From assembly GCA_028700625.1 (NCBI GenBank), contig JAQVSI010000003.1, positions 1-62,716 on the forward strand: 62,716 bases of DNA. The letters run 5' to 3'. The stretch's first letter is position 1; every line of letters begins with the position of its first letter. The notes beneath the pieces were generated by a model. It saw only the letters and a program-made list of their open reading frames with translations. It was not told the DNA's origin and searched no databases. This stretch comes from Candidatus Shapirobacteria bacterium. GTDB taxonomy: Bacteria > Patescibacteriota > Microgenomatia > UBA12405. Positions 17,330 through 26,908 of this stretch are shown piece by piece. The position numbers were made by a program, and so were the translations under genes.

Positions 17330-19459
17330 ATGGCTAAACGAGGTCGCAAGAAAAAACACATCTTTCCAGTTTTAAGATTAAAACCGGAAACCATAAAAAC
17401 TATATTTTTTATCTTTTTTTTGGTTTTATCGATTCTTTCTTTGTTTTCCTTTCTTCAAACTAGCCCAATGCCAACAGCTTTAAATCTTAAGTTAAATGAA
17501 TGGTTTGGCTTAATTTCAGTTTTTGTTCCATTTTTACTTTTACTTATATCATTCTTGTTTGCCAAAATTAAAATTCCCTTAAAAGAGTTAAATGTTTTTT
17601 TCGGTTCTCTAATTATGTTTATTTCCCTTTTGGGCTTATTAAAACAAGGTGTTATCGGAAATTTCTTTAGTAATGAAATTAGTAGCCGTTGGGGTGAACT
17701 ACCTCGTTTTTTCATTTTCTTCTTATCAGGAATTGCCGGTTTTGTCATTCTCTTCGACACGAACATCGGTCAAATTGTCAAATTTTTTGTAAACACATTC
17801 AAGGCTATTAGAAAGTATACTGTTGGCAATCCTAAAAACAAAGAAAAAAAATCAGAAAGAAATGTTGGCAAGTTTTTATCAGAATTATCACCTTTTAAGT
17901 CAAGTAAAGATAGTGAAAGTTCTTCAAAAGATAAAGAAGATTCAAATGTTCTCAACATTCCTCCTGTCATGAAATCAACAGACCAACTACCTCTTCAAAG
18001 TTCACCTCTTCAATCTATGTCTAATCAAATTTGGGAATATCCGCCTCTTTCTATTTTTGATGGCACACCTGGTGCCAAAGCTGATCGTGGAGACGTCCGT
18101 TACAATGCCAATACTATCGAAAAGACTTTAGAGTCTTTTGGCATCAGGGCTAAAGTTGTTGAACAAAATAACAGCCCTTCGGTTACTCAATATGCTCTTG
18201 ATGTCGCCCTGGGCACTAAATTAGCCAAAATAGTTAGCTTGAGCAATGATTTAGCAATGGCCCTATCTGCTCCTGGTGGTCAAATTCGTATTGAAGCTCC
18301 AATTCCTGGTCGTTCTCTTGTTGGCATTGAAGTTCCAAATAAAACACTCGAAGTTGTTCCAATCCGAAAAATAATTGAGTCTGATGCTATGAAAAATGCT
18401 AAAAATAAAATTACTGTACCACTTGGTTTAGATGTGGCCGGTAATTCTCGAATTGCTGACATTTCTAAAATGCCTCACGTTCTTATTGCCGGTCAAACCG
18501 GTTCAGGTAAATCTGTCTGTGTTAATTCTTGGATTGCCAATATTTTATTTCGAGCTTCTCCTCAAGAAGTTAGAATGATTATGGTCGATCCAAAACGAGT
18601 TGAACTTACTCCATTTAATGGTATTCCTCATCTTCTAACCCCAGTCATAGTCGAACCAGAAAAAGTTATTTCTGCCTTGAAATGGGCAGTTGCTGAAATG
18701 GAACGACGTTATAAAAAATTCACTGAAGTTGGAGCTAAAAATATAGAAGGGTATAACAATCTTTCTGGTTTTCAATCCATGCCTTATATTCTAATTTTTA
18801 TTGATGAATTAGCTGAAATAATGTTATTTTCACCATCAGAAGTTGAAGATAATGTTTGTAGAATTGCCCAAATGGCCAGAGCTGTTGGTATTCATTTGAT
18901 TTTGGCTACTCAACGACCTTCTGTCAATGTTATTACTGGTCTTATTAAAGCCAACATTCCAGCTCGTATTTCTTTTGCTGTTACTTCTGTCACCGATTCT
19001 CGGGTTATTCTAGATACTCCAGGAGCTGAAAAATTATTAGGTCGTGGAGACATGCTCTACATTCCTCCAGATTTAGCTAAGCCAGTTCGTGTTCAAGGCT
19101 GTTTTGTCTCAGACAAAGAATTAACTTCTTTAATCGAATTTTTGAAGACTCAAAAAACTACTGATTACGATGATCAAATTACCAGTCAACCAGTTTCTGC
19201 TGGCAATGGTAAGTCGGTTATGGTTACCGGAGGAGATGGAGTTTCTCACGACCCTCTTTACGACAGTGCAGTCAAATTAATTCAAGATACAGGCAAGGCT
19301 TCAACTACCTTTCTTCAAAGAAAATTAAGTGTTGGTTATGCTAGAGCCGCTAAAATTTTAGACGAAATTGAAGAAGCTGGTTTAATTGGTCCTTCAAACG
19401 GAGCCAAAGCTAGAGATATTTTAATGGCCCATACTAAAAGAGATGTTCCTCTTGAATAA
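17330..19459 (+). CDS. ftsK: DNA translocase FtsK
   Basis: N-terminal TM helices, Walker A GQTGSGKS, Walker B IFIDELAE, C-terminal gamma winged helix (STTFLQRKLSVGYARAAKILDEIEEAG). Confidence 0.93.
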   Translation: MAKRGRKKKHIFPVLRLKPETIKTIFFIFFLVLSILSLFSFLQTSPMPTALNLKLNEWFGLISVFVPFLLLLISFLFAKIKIPLKELNVFFGSLIMFISLLGLLKQGVIGNFFSNEISSRWGELPRFFIFFLSGIAGFVILFDTNIGQIVKFFVNTFKAIRKYTVGNPKNKEKKSERNVGKFLSELSPFKSSKDSESSSKDKEDSNVLNIPPVMKSTDQLPLQSSPLQSMSNQIWEYPPLSIFDGTPGAKADRGDVRYNANTIEKTLESFGIRAKVVEQNNSPSVTQYALDVALGTKLAKIVSLSNDLAMALSAPGGQIRIEAPIPGRSLVGIEVPNKTLEVVPIRKIIESDAMKNAKNKITVPLGLDVAGNSRIADISKMPHVLIAGQTGSGKSVCVNSWIANILFRASPQEVRMIMVDPKRVELTPFNGIPHLLTPVIVEPEKVISALKWAVAEMERRYKKFTEVGAKNIEGYNNLSGFQSMPYILIFIDELAEIMLFSPSEVEDNVCRIAQMARAVGIHLILATQRPSVNVITGLIKANIPARISFAVTSVTDSRVILDTPGAEKLLGRGDMLYIPPDLAKPVRVQGCFVSDKELTSLIEFLKTQKTTDYDDQITSQPVSAGNGKSVMVTGGDGVSHDPLYDSAVKLIQDTGKASTTFLQRKLSVGYARAAKILDEIEEAGLIGPSNGAKARDILMAHTKRDVPLE

Positions 19460-19467
19460 TTTCAACT

Positions 19468-20073
19468 ATGTTGCGCACTTCATCTCTAATTAAAAATACT
19501 CGTCTCGATAAAGAGTATGAATTATTAGATATTTCTAAAAAACTTAAAGTTCCAGTCAAATATTTAACTGCTATAGAAGAAGAAGATATTAAAAATTTTC
19601 CACAAGAGCCATATTGTTCTTTAATTGTTAAAGACTATTCTGATTATTTAGGTCTTAATGGTCAAGAAATGTTATCCTTTTTTCGTCGTGATTTTGAACA
19701 AAAGAAAAAAAACAAATCTCTTAAAAAGGACATTTTTTCTTTCACTCCACAATTTACTTTCAGTATTTTAATTGGAATTATCATTATTAGTTTTGTTTTT
19801 TATTTAACAACAGAATATGTTAAGTTTAATAGTCCTCCTAAATTAAAAATAAATTGGCCAGAAAATATTACAGGAGAAACTGTAGAACTATCAGGTATCA
19901 CTGATCCAGATTCCACTATTAGAATTAATCAGGATTTAATCATTGTCGACGCTAAAGGTAATTTTCAAAAGAAAATAATTTTAAATTCGAATAGTGAAAC
20001 TAAAATTATTATCGAATCAAAATCAACTAGCGGTAAAACTACTGTTGAAGAGAAAATCCTTAAAACTAATTAA
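19468..20073 (+). CDS. RodZ-like HTH/TM protein
   Basis: N-terminal HTH (ISKKLKVPVKYLTAIEEED), a single TM helix, and an extracytoplasmic beta-rich domain. Confidence 0.55.
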   Translation: MLRTSSLIKNTRLDKEYELLDISKKLKVPVKYLTAIEEEDIKNFPQEPYCSLIVKDYSDYLGLNGQEMLSFFRRDFEQKKKNKSLKKDIFSFTPQFTFSILIGIIIISFVFYLTTEYVKFNSPPKLKINWPENITGETVELSGITDPDSTIRINQDLIIVDAKGNFQKKIILNSNSETKIIIESKSTSGKTTVEEKILKTN

Positions 20074-20102
20074 TTTTTCTAAAAATAGTTTATACTAATT
20101 AT

Positions 20103-20363
20103 ATGGATATCACTCAAATTGTCATTATTGTTAGCCTAGTTGCTATTACTGCCATTATTACCATTGGAGGAATTTATTTTGTTCGTTTATTAAAAGATTT
20201 ATCTATTACTCTTAAAAAGACTAATTTAATTCTAGACGACGCTCATTTAATTACCGATTCAGTTGCTAAACCAATTTCTTCTTTTTTCGAAGTTTTAATG
20301 GGTTTAAAAAACGGTTTTTCTTTTTTTAGTAATTTAAATAAAAATAAAAAGAAAGATGAATAA
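20103..20363 (+). CDS. Small membrane protein, DUF948-like
   Basis: 86 aa. N-terminal TM followed by a helical segment. Overlaps the next gene by 8 nt. Confidence 0.45.
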   Translation: MDITQIVIIVSLVAITAIITIGGIYFVRLLKDLSITLKKTNLILDDAHLITDSVAKPISSFFEVLMGLKNGFSFFSNLNKNKKKDE

Positions 20364-20628
20364 TTCTGAGGAAAAACAAAATTCTGGTTTTGTTTTTGGT
20401 CTAGCTTTGGGTGCTGCTGTTGGCGCTCTTTCTGCTATTTTAGTTAACAAAAACAGCGAAACTGAAGTACTTCGAAATTTTGAATCTAAAGTAAAAGACT
20501 TTTTCCAAGATTTAATTAATAATGTTGACACCAAAAAAGAAAAAGTAGTTAAAGAAGTAACAAAAGAAATTGAATACATCACTCCTAAAAAACCTACTCC
20601 TAAGATGTTTGTTAAAGCCAGAAAATAG
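20356..20628 (+). CDS. YtxH-like protein
   Basis: GFVFGLALGAAVGALSAIL glycine-zipper N-terminus followed by a K/E-rich helix, as in YtxH-domain proteins. Confidence 0.5.
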   Translation: MNNSEEKQNSGFVFGLALGAAVGALSAILVNKNSETEVLRNFESKVKDFFQDLINNVDTKKEKVVKEVTKEIEYITPKKPTPKMFVKARK

Positions 20629-20645
20629 CTGATATAATTTCCGAT

Positions 20646-22424
20646 ATGAAAGCTCGCGAATTAAAGGAAAAATTTGTTAATTTTTTTGTTTTCAAAGGTC
20701 ATGTTGAAATTCCTTCTGCTAATCTAGTTCCCGAAAACGACCCAACTACTCTTTTTATCTCTGCCGGCATGCATCCTCTTGTTCCTTATCTCTTAGGTCA
20801 AACTCATCCAGCTGGTAAAAGATTAGTTAATATTCAAAAATGCATTCGCACTGGCGACATCGACGAAGTCGGTGATACTTTTCATCATACTTTTTTTGAA
20901 ATGTTAGGAAATTGGTCTTTGGGTGATTATTTCAAAAAAGATATGATTCTTTGGAGTTATGATTTTTTGGTTAATACTATAAAAATTAATTCAAATAACC
21001 TTCATGTTACTTGTTTTCAAGGAGACGAAAATGCTCCAAAAGACACAGAATCTCACGATTTATGGTTGAAATGTGGCATTCCAGAAGAAAGAATTCATTA
21101 TTTACCCAAAAAAGATAATTGGTGGGGTCCAATCGGCTTGATCGGTCCTTGCGGTCCCGACAGTGAAATGTTTATCGACACCAATCCAAGAGGTGGCCCT
21201 ATAGATTTTATCGTTGGTTGCAAACAGGGGAGAATTATTGAAATTGGTAATGACGTTTTTATGCAATACAACAAAGATGAAAAGGGTAATTATTCCGAAA
21301 TGAGTCAAAAAAATGTTGATACCGGTTATGGAGTAGAAAGAAATATTACTTGGATGAACGGTTTTGCCGATAATTACCTTACCGACATTTGGCAACCGAT
21401 AATCAAAAAAATAGAGGAAATTTCCGGTAAAAAATATTCCGATCAAAATTTCACCAAGGCAATTCGTATTATTGCCGACCACATTAAAGCTGCTGTTTTT
21501 ATTATTGCCGATGGTGTTGAAGTTTCCAATAAAGAAAGAGGTTATGTTCTTCGCCGTCTAATCAGAAGAGCTATTCGTCAGGGAAAAATTCTAGGAATTG
21601 AACAAAATTTTTGTTCAATTATTGCCACTGCAGTTTTAGATAATCAAGATAATTATGGCGGTTTTTACCCAGAATTAAATCAAAATAAAGATAAAATTTT
21701 ATCTATTATCGAAACTGAAGAAAATAAATTTCGCAAAACTTTAAACAAGGGTCTTCATGAAATTAATAAATTAATTGGTCGAAACAAACAAGTTTCTGGG
21801 AAAGAAGCTTTCACTCTTTATGAAAGTTTTGGTTTTCCAGTCGAAATGATTAAAGAAGAGTTAGAAAAAAATAATTTAACTCTAAATTTAGAAGAATTTG
21901 AACAAGCCAAAGAAACCCATCAAAAACTTTCTCAAACTTTATCTGCAGGCAAATTTAAATCAGGTTTAGCCGATAATTCGGAAATAATTACCAAATTTCA
22001 TACCGCCGCCCATCTGTTACACGCTGCTTTAATAAAAATTTTAGGTAAACATGTCCAACAAGCTGGTTCCAATATTACCTCTGAAAGAATTCGTTTTGAT
22101 TTTACTAACCCCCAAAAATTAACCGACGGTCAATTAAAGCAAATAACAGAGTTAGTTAATGAGCAAATTAAATTAAATTTGCCAGTTACTATGGAAACTA
22201 TGCCTTTTGTCGAAGCTCAAAAACAAAATGCTATTGCTTTTTTTGGCAACAAATATCCCGAAATTGTTAGCGTTTATGCCATTGGTTCCAAAGATAATTA
22301 TTTTTCCAAAGAAGTCTGTACTGGTCCTCATGTTAAAAATCTATCTGAACTCGGAATTTTTGAAATTCAAAAAGAAGAATCCGCCGGAAGCGGCAAACGC
22401 CGCATCTACGCCGTTTTAAATTAA
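20646..22424 (+). CDS. alaS: Alanyl-tRNA synthetase, compact (592 aa, no C-Ala domain)
   Basis: FHHTFFEMLGNWSLGDYFK, editing-site HTAAHLLH and CTGPH motifs. The ORF ends soon after the editing domain. Confidence 0.93.
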   Translation: MKARELKEKFVNFFVFKGHVEIPSANLVPENDPTTLFISAGMHPLVPYLLGQTHPAGKRLVNIQKCIRTGDIDEVGDTFHHTFFEMLGNWSLGDYFKKDMILWSYDFLVNTIKINSNNLHVTCFQGDENAPKDTESHDLWLKCGIPEERIHYLPKKDNWWGPIGLIGPCGPDSEMFIDTNPRGGPIDFIVGCKQGRIIEIGNDVFMQYNKDEKGNYSEMSQKNVDTGYGVERNITWMNGFADNYLTDIWQPIIKKIEEISGKKYSDQNFTKAIRIIADHIKAAVFIIADGVEVSNKERGYVLRRLIRRAIRQGKILGIEQNFCSIIATAVLDNQDNYGGFYPELNQNKDKILSIIETEENKFRKTLNKGLHEINKLIGRNKQVSGKEAFTLYESFGFPVEMIKEELEKNNLTLNLEEFEQAKETHQKLSQTLSAGKFKSGLADNSEIITKFHTAAHLLHAALIKILGKHVQQAGSNITSERIRFDFTNPQKLTDGQLKQITELVNEQIKLNLPVTMETMPFVEAQKQNAIAFFGNKYPEIVSVYAIGSKDNYFSKEVCTGPHVKNLSELGIFEIQKEESAGSGKRRIYAVLN

Positions 22425-22458
22425 ACGTAATCTTCAAAATATAGTATTATTATATAAA

Positions 22459-24633
22459 ATGGGGATTAATAGTTTTTGGTTATTTTATATTGAGAACGAT
22501 AGTGTTTTAGTTTCTCTAATTAATTGGGGTAATGGCCGCTATTATGTTGCCTCAATTGGTCCTCGAGTTAATTGTGATATCAACAATCGTCAATCAATCC
22601 TCGATGCTGTCGACGAATCTCTTTCCAGTGCTGCCTCTAGTGCTGATATTTCCGAAGATCAAGAACCTCTTTTTGTTGGTTTAGTTATTCCTTCTTCTTG
22701 GGTTAGTGAAGACGGCAAAATCACCAAATCAAAAGCAGAAATTATTATGCCAATATTTAAAGAACTTGACTTAAAACCATCTGGTTTTATGTCAAATGAT
22801 GAAGCCATTCTTGAAGAAATTAATAAGCCAAACGATCTTCCTGCTAGTTTTATCAATCTTTATTTAGAATCAAATTCCTTTGAATTATCTCTAATTTATC
22901 TTGGCAAAATTAAGAAAAGAATTAAAAAATTTTTCGACAATGAATTTAATGCTCAATTGGTTGAAGATTCTTTAATCGAGTTAAATTTAGAGTCAACACT
23001 ACCGCCTCAAATTTATGTTTATGGTAAAGAGAGTGAATCAGCCGTTGAGATTTTAAAAACCTTTTCTTGGGTTGGTAAGAAAAATGTTGAAACATTCCTT
23101 CATTTTCCCGATATTAAACTTTATCAAGATCATGATTTGATCAATATTTTTTTCAAAGCCATAACTTCTCAAATGATTGGCGGTGGTAATCCTTCTCACC
23201 AAACAGTTCCTCAAGCTGAAAATAAAGAAGAAATAAGTGAGGTTGAAGAGATTAAACAGCCAGAAGATATTAAAAATACAGATACGAAATTAAACGGCGA
23301 AGTAACAGAATCAGATTTAGACACAGAAAATCTAGAAGAACTAGAAGAAGTTTCATTTGAAAATTTTGGTTTTGAAAAAGAGCAATCTCAACCAGAAGTA
23401 ATTGAAACCCCAATTTATGAAGAACCTATTATTGAAACAAAAATTAAAAAAGAACCTGTTTCTTTTAATTTCCCAAAAATAAATTTCAAATTACCAAAGT
23501 TAAAAAGTAATTTTTTAATGTTTATTCCTTTATTTGTTTTAATTATCCTTTGTTTTCCTTTGTTCTTTTCTAAAGCCAATATTATTCTTTTTGTAACTCC
23601 TTATGAATTTGATAAAACTGTTAATATTACTCTCGATTCCGATGCTACCGAACTTTCTTCTTCAATTATTCCAGTTGATAAAAAAACAATTACTATAAAT
23701 TCTTCAGTTAATATTAAAACTACAGGTCAAAAGATTATTGGCAATAAAGCCACTGGGGAAGTTACTATTTTCAATAAAGTTGAAAAAGTTCAAAATATTC
23801 CCAAAGGTGCCATTTTAATTGATTCTAAAAATCAAAGTTTTGAGTTAATTAATGCTGTTCAAGTTGCCTCTAGTAGTTCTAACTTTGATACTGGGGTTAT
23901 GAATTTCGGTCAAATAAAAACTGTTATTTCTGCTTCAGATATTGGTCCCGAATTTAATATTGCCAAAAATGAAGTTTTTAAATTTAAAGATTTTCCCGAA
24001 ACGACTATCGTTGTCAAAGGTAATACTGATTTTACTGGTGGTACCAAAGACCAAATTAGTGCTGTTAGTCAGCAAGATAAAATTAATGCAGAATCTCAAT
24101 TAACTCAAAAACTTCAAATTGCTGCTGATGAAAAAATCAACAAAGAATTCAACACCACTAATAATGCCATTAAAGAAACTGTCCAAATTAAAAAAGGAAA
24201 GACCGAATTTAATCGTGAAGTTGATGAAGAAACAGATGATTTGACCGCTACTGCCGAGTCTACTGTTAGTGTTTTTGTTTTTAAAACAGATTTAAAAGAA
24301 AAAATATTAACTCAATTTTTATCACAAGAAAAAGGTTTTTCTGACTCTGATCTAAATTCAGATTCTTTTGTTTTCACTTTAAAAATCAACAAGTTAGATG
24401 TTTCTAAGGCCACTGGTAGCTTAAATATTAAAGGTTATTCTTTGCCTAAAATTGATCTAGATTTAATTAAAAAGAATATTTCTGGGAAAACCATAAAAAA
24501 GGCCCAGGAAATTATTAAGAAAAATAATAATAGAGTTTATAATTTTAATTTTAAAATTAGTTTTAAGATATTTAATCTTGTTCCTTTTAGTTCTAAAAAT
24601 ATTTTTATTGAGTCAAAAACCGAATCTTTGTGA
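22459..24633 (+). CDS. Large bitopic membrane protein (724 aa), function unknown
   Basis: Cytoplasmic N-domain, acidic linker, one TM (FLMFIPLFVLIILCFPLFF) and a large beta-rich ectodomain (GNKATGEVTIFNK...). I recall similar CPR proteins being labelled baseplate J-like, but that is unverified here. Confidence 0.6.
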   Translation: MGINSFWLFYIENDSVLVSLINWGNGRYYVASIGPRVNCDINNRQSILDAVDESLSSAASSADISEDQEPLFVGLVIPSSWVSEDGKITKSKAEIIMPIFKELDLKPSGFMSNDEAILEEINKPNDLPASFINLYLESNSFELSLIYLGKIKKRIKKFFDNEFNAQLVEDSLIELNLESTLPPQIYVYGKESESAVEILKTFSWVGKKNVETFLHFPDIKLYQDHDLINIFFKAITSQMIGGGNPSHQTVPQAENKEEISEVEEIKQPEDIKNTDTKLNGEVTESDLDTENLEELEEVSFENFGFEKEQSQPEVIETPIYEEPIIETKIKKEPVSFNFPKINFKLPKLKSNFLMFIPLFVLIILCFPLFFSKANIILFVTPYEFDKTVNITLDSDATELSSSIIPVDKKTITINSSVNIKTTGQKIIGNKATGEVTIFNKVEKVQNIPKGAILIDSKNQSFELINAVQVASSSSNFDTGVMNFGQIKTVISASDIGPEFNIAKNEVFKFKDFPETTIVVKGNTDFTGGTKDQISAVSQQDKINAESQLTQKLQIAADEKINKEFNTTNNAIKETVQIKKGKTEFNREVDEETDDLTATAESTVSVFVFKTDLKEKILTQFLSQEKGFSDSDLNSDSFVFTLKINKLDVSKATGSLNIKGYSLPKIDLDLIKKNISGKTIKKAQEIIKKNNNRVYNFNFKISFKIFNLVPFSSKNIFIESKTESL

Positions 24634-25361
24634 GATATATCTACCTTAAGAAATCACTACCTACTGCCAAGTCAAAGTTAATTGCTAAAAAGAAAAAAAT
24701 AGCTATTCTTTTTATGTTGGCTGGTTTAATTTTTTTTGCTTTTGCTTTTTTTCCTATTCTTAAATTTCAATTTAAATATGCTTCCAGTTTTAGTCAATTA
24801 ATAAATCCTTTATCTTCCAAATCAGACAGTCGATCTCAAAATATCTTAGGTTCAGCAAATACTGACTATACTCAAATTGCTAATTGGTTTGTCAGTAATC
24901 CTTCCAACGATGATAATAATCAAATTTTTTCCAACACCAATAACAGTAACTCTACTTATTTATTAAATATTCCCAAATTAAAAATTAAAGACGCAATTGT
25001 TAGTATTGGCAGTATGGACTTAAAAAAGAGCTTAATTCAATATCCTCAAACAGCTCTTCCTGGTCAGCTTGGTAATACTGTTGTTTTTGGTCATTCAGTT
25101 TTACCTCAATTTTTTAATCCTAAATCTTATTTAACTATTTTTTCTACTCTCTATCGACTTGAACAGGGAGATGAAATTATTATTGATTATGACAATGTTC
25201 GTTATCGCTATATTGTTGATGAAATGTTTGAAGTTAAACCAACAGATCTTTCAGTCCTTGAACAACGTTTTGATCAAAAAAATTTAACTTTGATCACTTG
25301 CAGTCCTCCAGGAACTTATCTCCGCCGTCTCATCATCAAAGCCACCCTAAGTATTAATTAA
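24630..25361 (+). CDS. Sortase family transpeptidase
   Basis: TM anchor, then catalytic His (VVFGHS), Cys (LTLITC) and Arg (YLRR) in sortase order. The GTG start overlaps the upstream TGA (gtga). Confidence 0.8.
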   Translation: MRYIYLKKSLPTAKSKLIAKKKKIAILFMLAGLIFFAFAFFPILKFQFKYASSFSQLINPLSSKSDSRSQNILGSANTDYTQIANWFVSNPSNDDNNQIFSNTNNSNSTYLLNIPKLKIKDAIVSIGSMDLKKSLIQYPQTALPGQLGNTVVFGHSVLPQFFNPKSYLTIFSTLYRLEQGDEIIIDYDNVRYRYIVDEMFEVKPTDLSVLEQRFDQKNLTLITCSPPGTYLRRLIIKATLSIN

Positions 25362-25374
25362 GTTATAATCACTT

Positions 25375-25749
25375 ATGAATTACTTAGGCATCGATTACGG
25401 CTCTAAAAATATTGGCTTAGCTGTTTCTGTTTTGGGAATTATTACTCCTATTTTGGCCATAAAAAACGATGATCATATTATTGAAAATTTACAAAAAATT
25501 ATTGTCGATTATAAGATTGATGGTATCTATGTTGGTGTGTCTGAAGGAGGATTTGCTGTCAGAACAAAAACCTTCGTCGAGAAGCTTAAAAGCGTGCTAC
25601 AATTGAATATAGAGACAGTTGAAGAAGCTGTTAGTACTATCGAAGCTCAGCAAATTTATATAAAAAATAAGAATAAAAAGAAAGATTACAAAAAATTAAT
25701 TGACTCGATTGCAGCAGCTGTTATCTTAAGAAGAATAGTCAATTATTAA
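25375..25749 (+). CDS. ruvX: YqgF/RuvX-like putative pre-16S rRNA nuclease
   Basis: MNYLGIDYGSKNIGLAVS N-terminal motif, 124 aa. Confidence 0.85.
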   Translation: MNYLGIDYGSKNIGLAVSVLGIITPILAIKNDDHIIENLQKIIVDYKIDGIYVGVSEGGFAVRTKTFVEKLKSVLQLNIETVEEAVSTIEAQQIYIKNKNKKKDYKKLIDSIAAAVILRRIVNY

Positions 25750-25761
25750 TTAAATAAAATT

Positions 25762-25959
25762 ATGATCAAAAATCTAATTTCCCCAATTCAAGCCTGGTTA
25801 TTATCACAGGGACGTTGTGTTGGTTGTGGCACCCCACTTTCTAAAGGTGTCAAAAAAGAAGTCAGAGGTAAGACTACTGTCACCTGTAAATGTGGTCGTA
25901 TTTTTATTTACGATGGCGTCAAGAGTAATTACAGACGCGCTCTTTTTGACGAAGTATAA
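25762..25959 (+). CDS. Small zinc-ribbon protein (65 aa)
   Basis: CVGC ... CKCG four-Cys arrangement. Confidence 0.55.
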   Translation: MIKNLISPIQAWLLSQGRCVGCGTPLSKGVKKEVRGKTTVTCKCGRIFIYDGVKSNYRRALFDEV

Positions 25960-25965
25960 TCAAAA

Positions 25966-26904
25966 ATGACTCGTGTTTTTGTAATAATTACTCTTTCTCT
26001 CACCTTTTTTTTTGTTGGTATTTTTTCTTTTTTAAAAATAAATACTAAACCAGTTTCTACAAACAAAACTACTTCTATGTTTGTAATTGAAGATGGTCAA
26101 GGTTTAGTAGACATCTCTGAAAAATTAAAATCGAATTCCCTAATTCGCAATAAATATTCCTTTTTGTTTTATTCATATAACTTAGGTTTAAATAATAAAC
26201 TCCAATCAGGAACATTTAGATTATCTCCCTCTCTTTCTACTCAAGAAATTATTATCAAATTATCAAAAGGAGGAGTTAGCGATTATTGGTTAAAAATTAT
26301 TGAAGGCACTCGTCTTGAAGAAATTGCTTCTCTTTTTCCTCAAGGTTTACCAACTACAGCCAAAGAAGGTTATCTTTTTCCTGATAGTTATTTAATTCCT
26401 CTTTATTTTACTTCTGACCAAACCCTTGAAGTTATTAAAACAAATTTTGATAAAAAATTTGCCCAAGCCAAACAAGGGGCCACTAATCAAACTCTTACTG
26501 ATCAAGAAATTGTAATTTTTGCCTCGATTATAGAGAGGGAAGCTAGAACCCTAAAATCTAAACAAGAAGTAGCTGGAATTCTTTTAAACCGTCTTAAAAT
26601 TGGTATGGCTCTTCAAGCCGATGCTTCAGTTATATATGCTCGTGATTCTAAAAGTAAACCTAAAAATTATTGGCAACCATTAAAATCAATAGAAATAACT
26701 TCTGTAAAGTCTCCTTACAACACCTATCAATACAAAGGTCTTCCTCCAAAGCCAATCTGTAATCCTGGATATAATTCTCTCTATGCTGCTTTTCATCCAA
26801 TTGAGTCAAGTTATTTTTACTACATCACTGGTAACGACAATTTAATGCACTATGCTGTTACTCTCGAGGAACACAATTCCAATATCACCAAATATTTAAA
26901 ATAA
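25966..26904 (+). CDS. mltG: Endolytic murein transglycosylase MltG (YceG-like)
   Basis: N-terminal TM, ASIIEREA, SPYNTYQYKGLPPKPICNPG motifs. Confidence 0.88.
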   Translation: MTRVFVIITLSLTFFFVGIFSFLKINTKPVSTNKTTSMFVIEDGQGLVDISEKLKSNSLIRNKYSFLFYSYNLGLNNKLQSGTFRLSPSLSTQEIIIKLSKGGVSDYWLKIIEGTRLEEIASLFPQGLPTTAKEGYLFPDSYLIPLYFTSDQTLEVIKTNFDKKFAQAKQGATNQTLTDQEIVIFASIIEREARTLKSKQEVAGILLNRLKIGMALQADASVIYARDSKSKPKNYWQPLKSIEITSVKSPYNTYQYKGLPPKPICNPGYNSLYAAFHPIESSYFYYITGNDNLMHYAVTLEEHNSNITKYLK

Positions 26905-26908
26905 AAGT

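Noticed and set aside
20334-20582. 82-aa minus-strand ORF overlapping the DUF948-like and YtxH-like genes.
   Set aside because: It is antisense to two ORFs with coherent TM/glycine-zipper features, has no start signals, and has a low-complexity translation.
24631-24633. Alternative genetic code (UGA=Gly, code 25, as in some CPR lineages), or TAA reassignment to explain the stop at 8249.
   Set aside because: All conserved genes translate full length with the standard code. TGA terminates well-bounded genes (24631-24633, 57040-57042), and TAA is the commonest stop at conserved gene ends.
24630-24680. LPTAK in the sortase N-terminus (MRYIYLKKSLPTAKS) as a possible sorting motif.
   Set aside because: It is at the extreme N-terminus on the cytoplasmic side, before the TM anchor. 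It is not followed by the hydrophobic segment plus basic tail of a sorting signal, so it is most likely coincidence.
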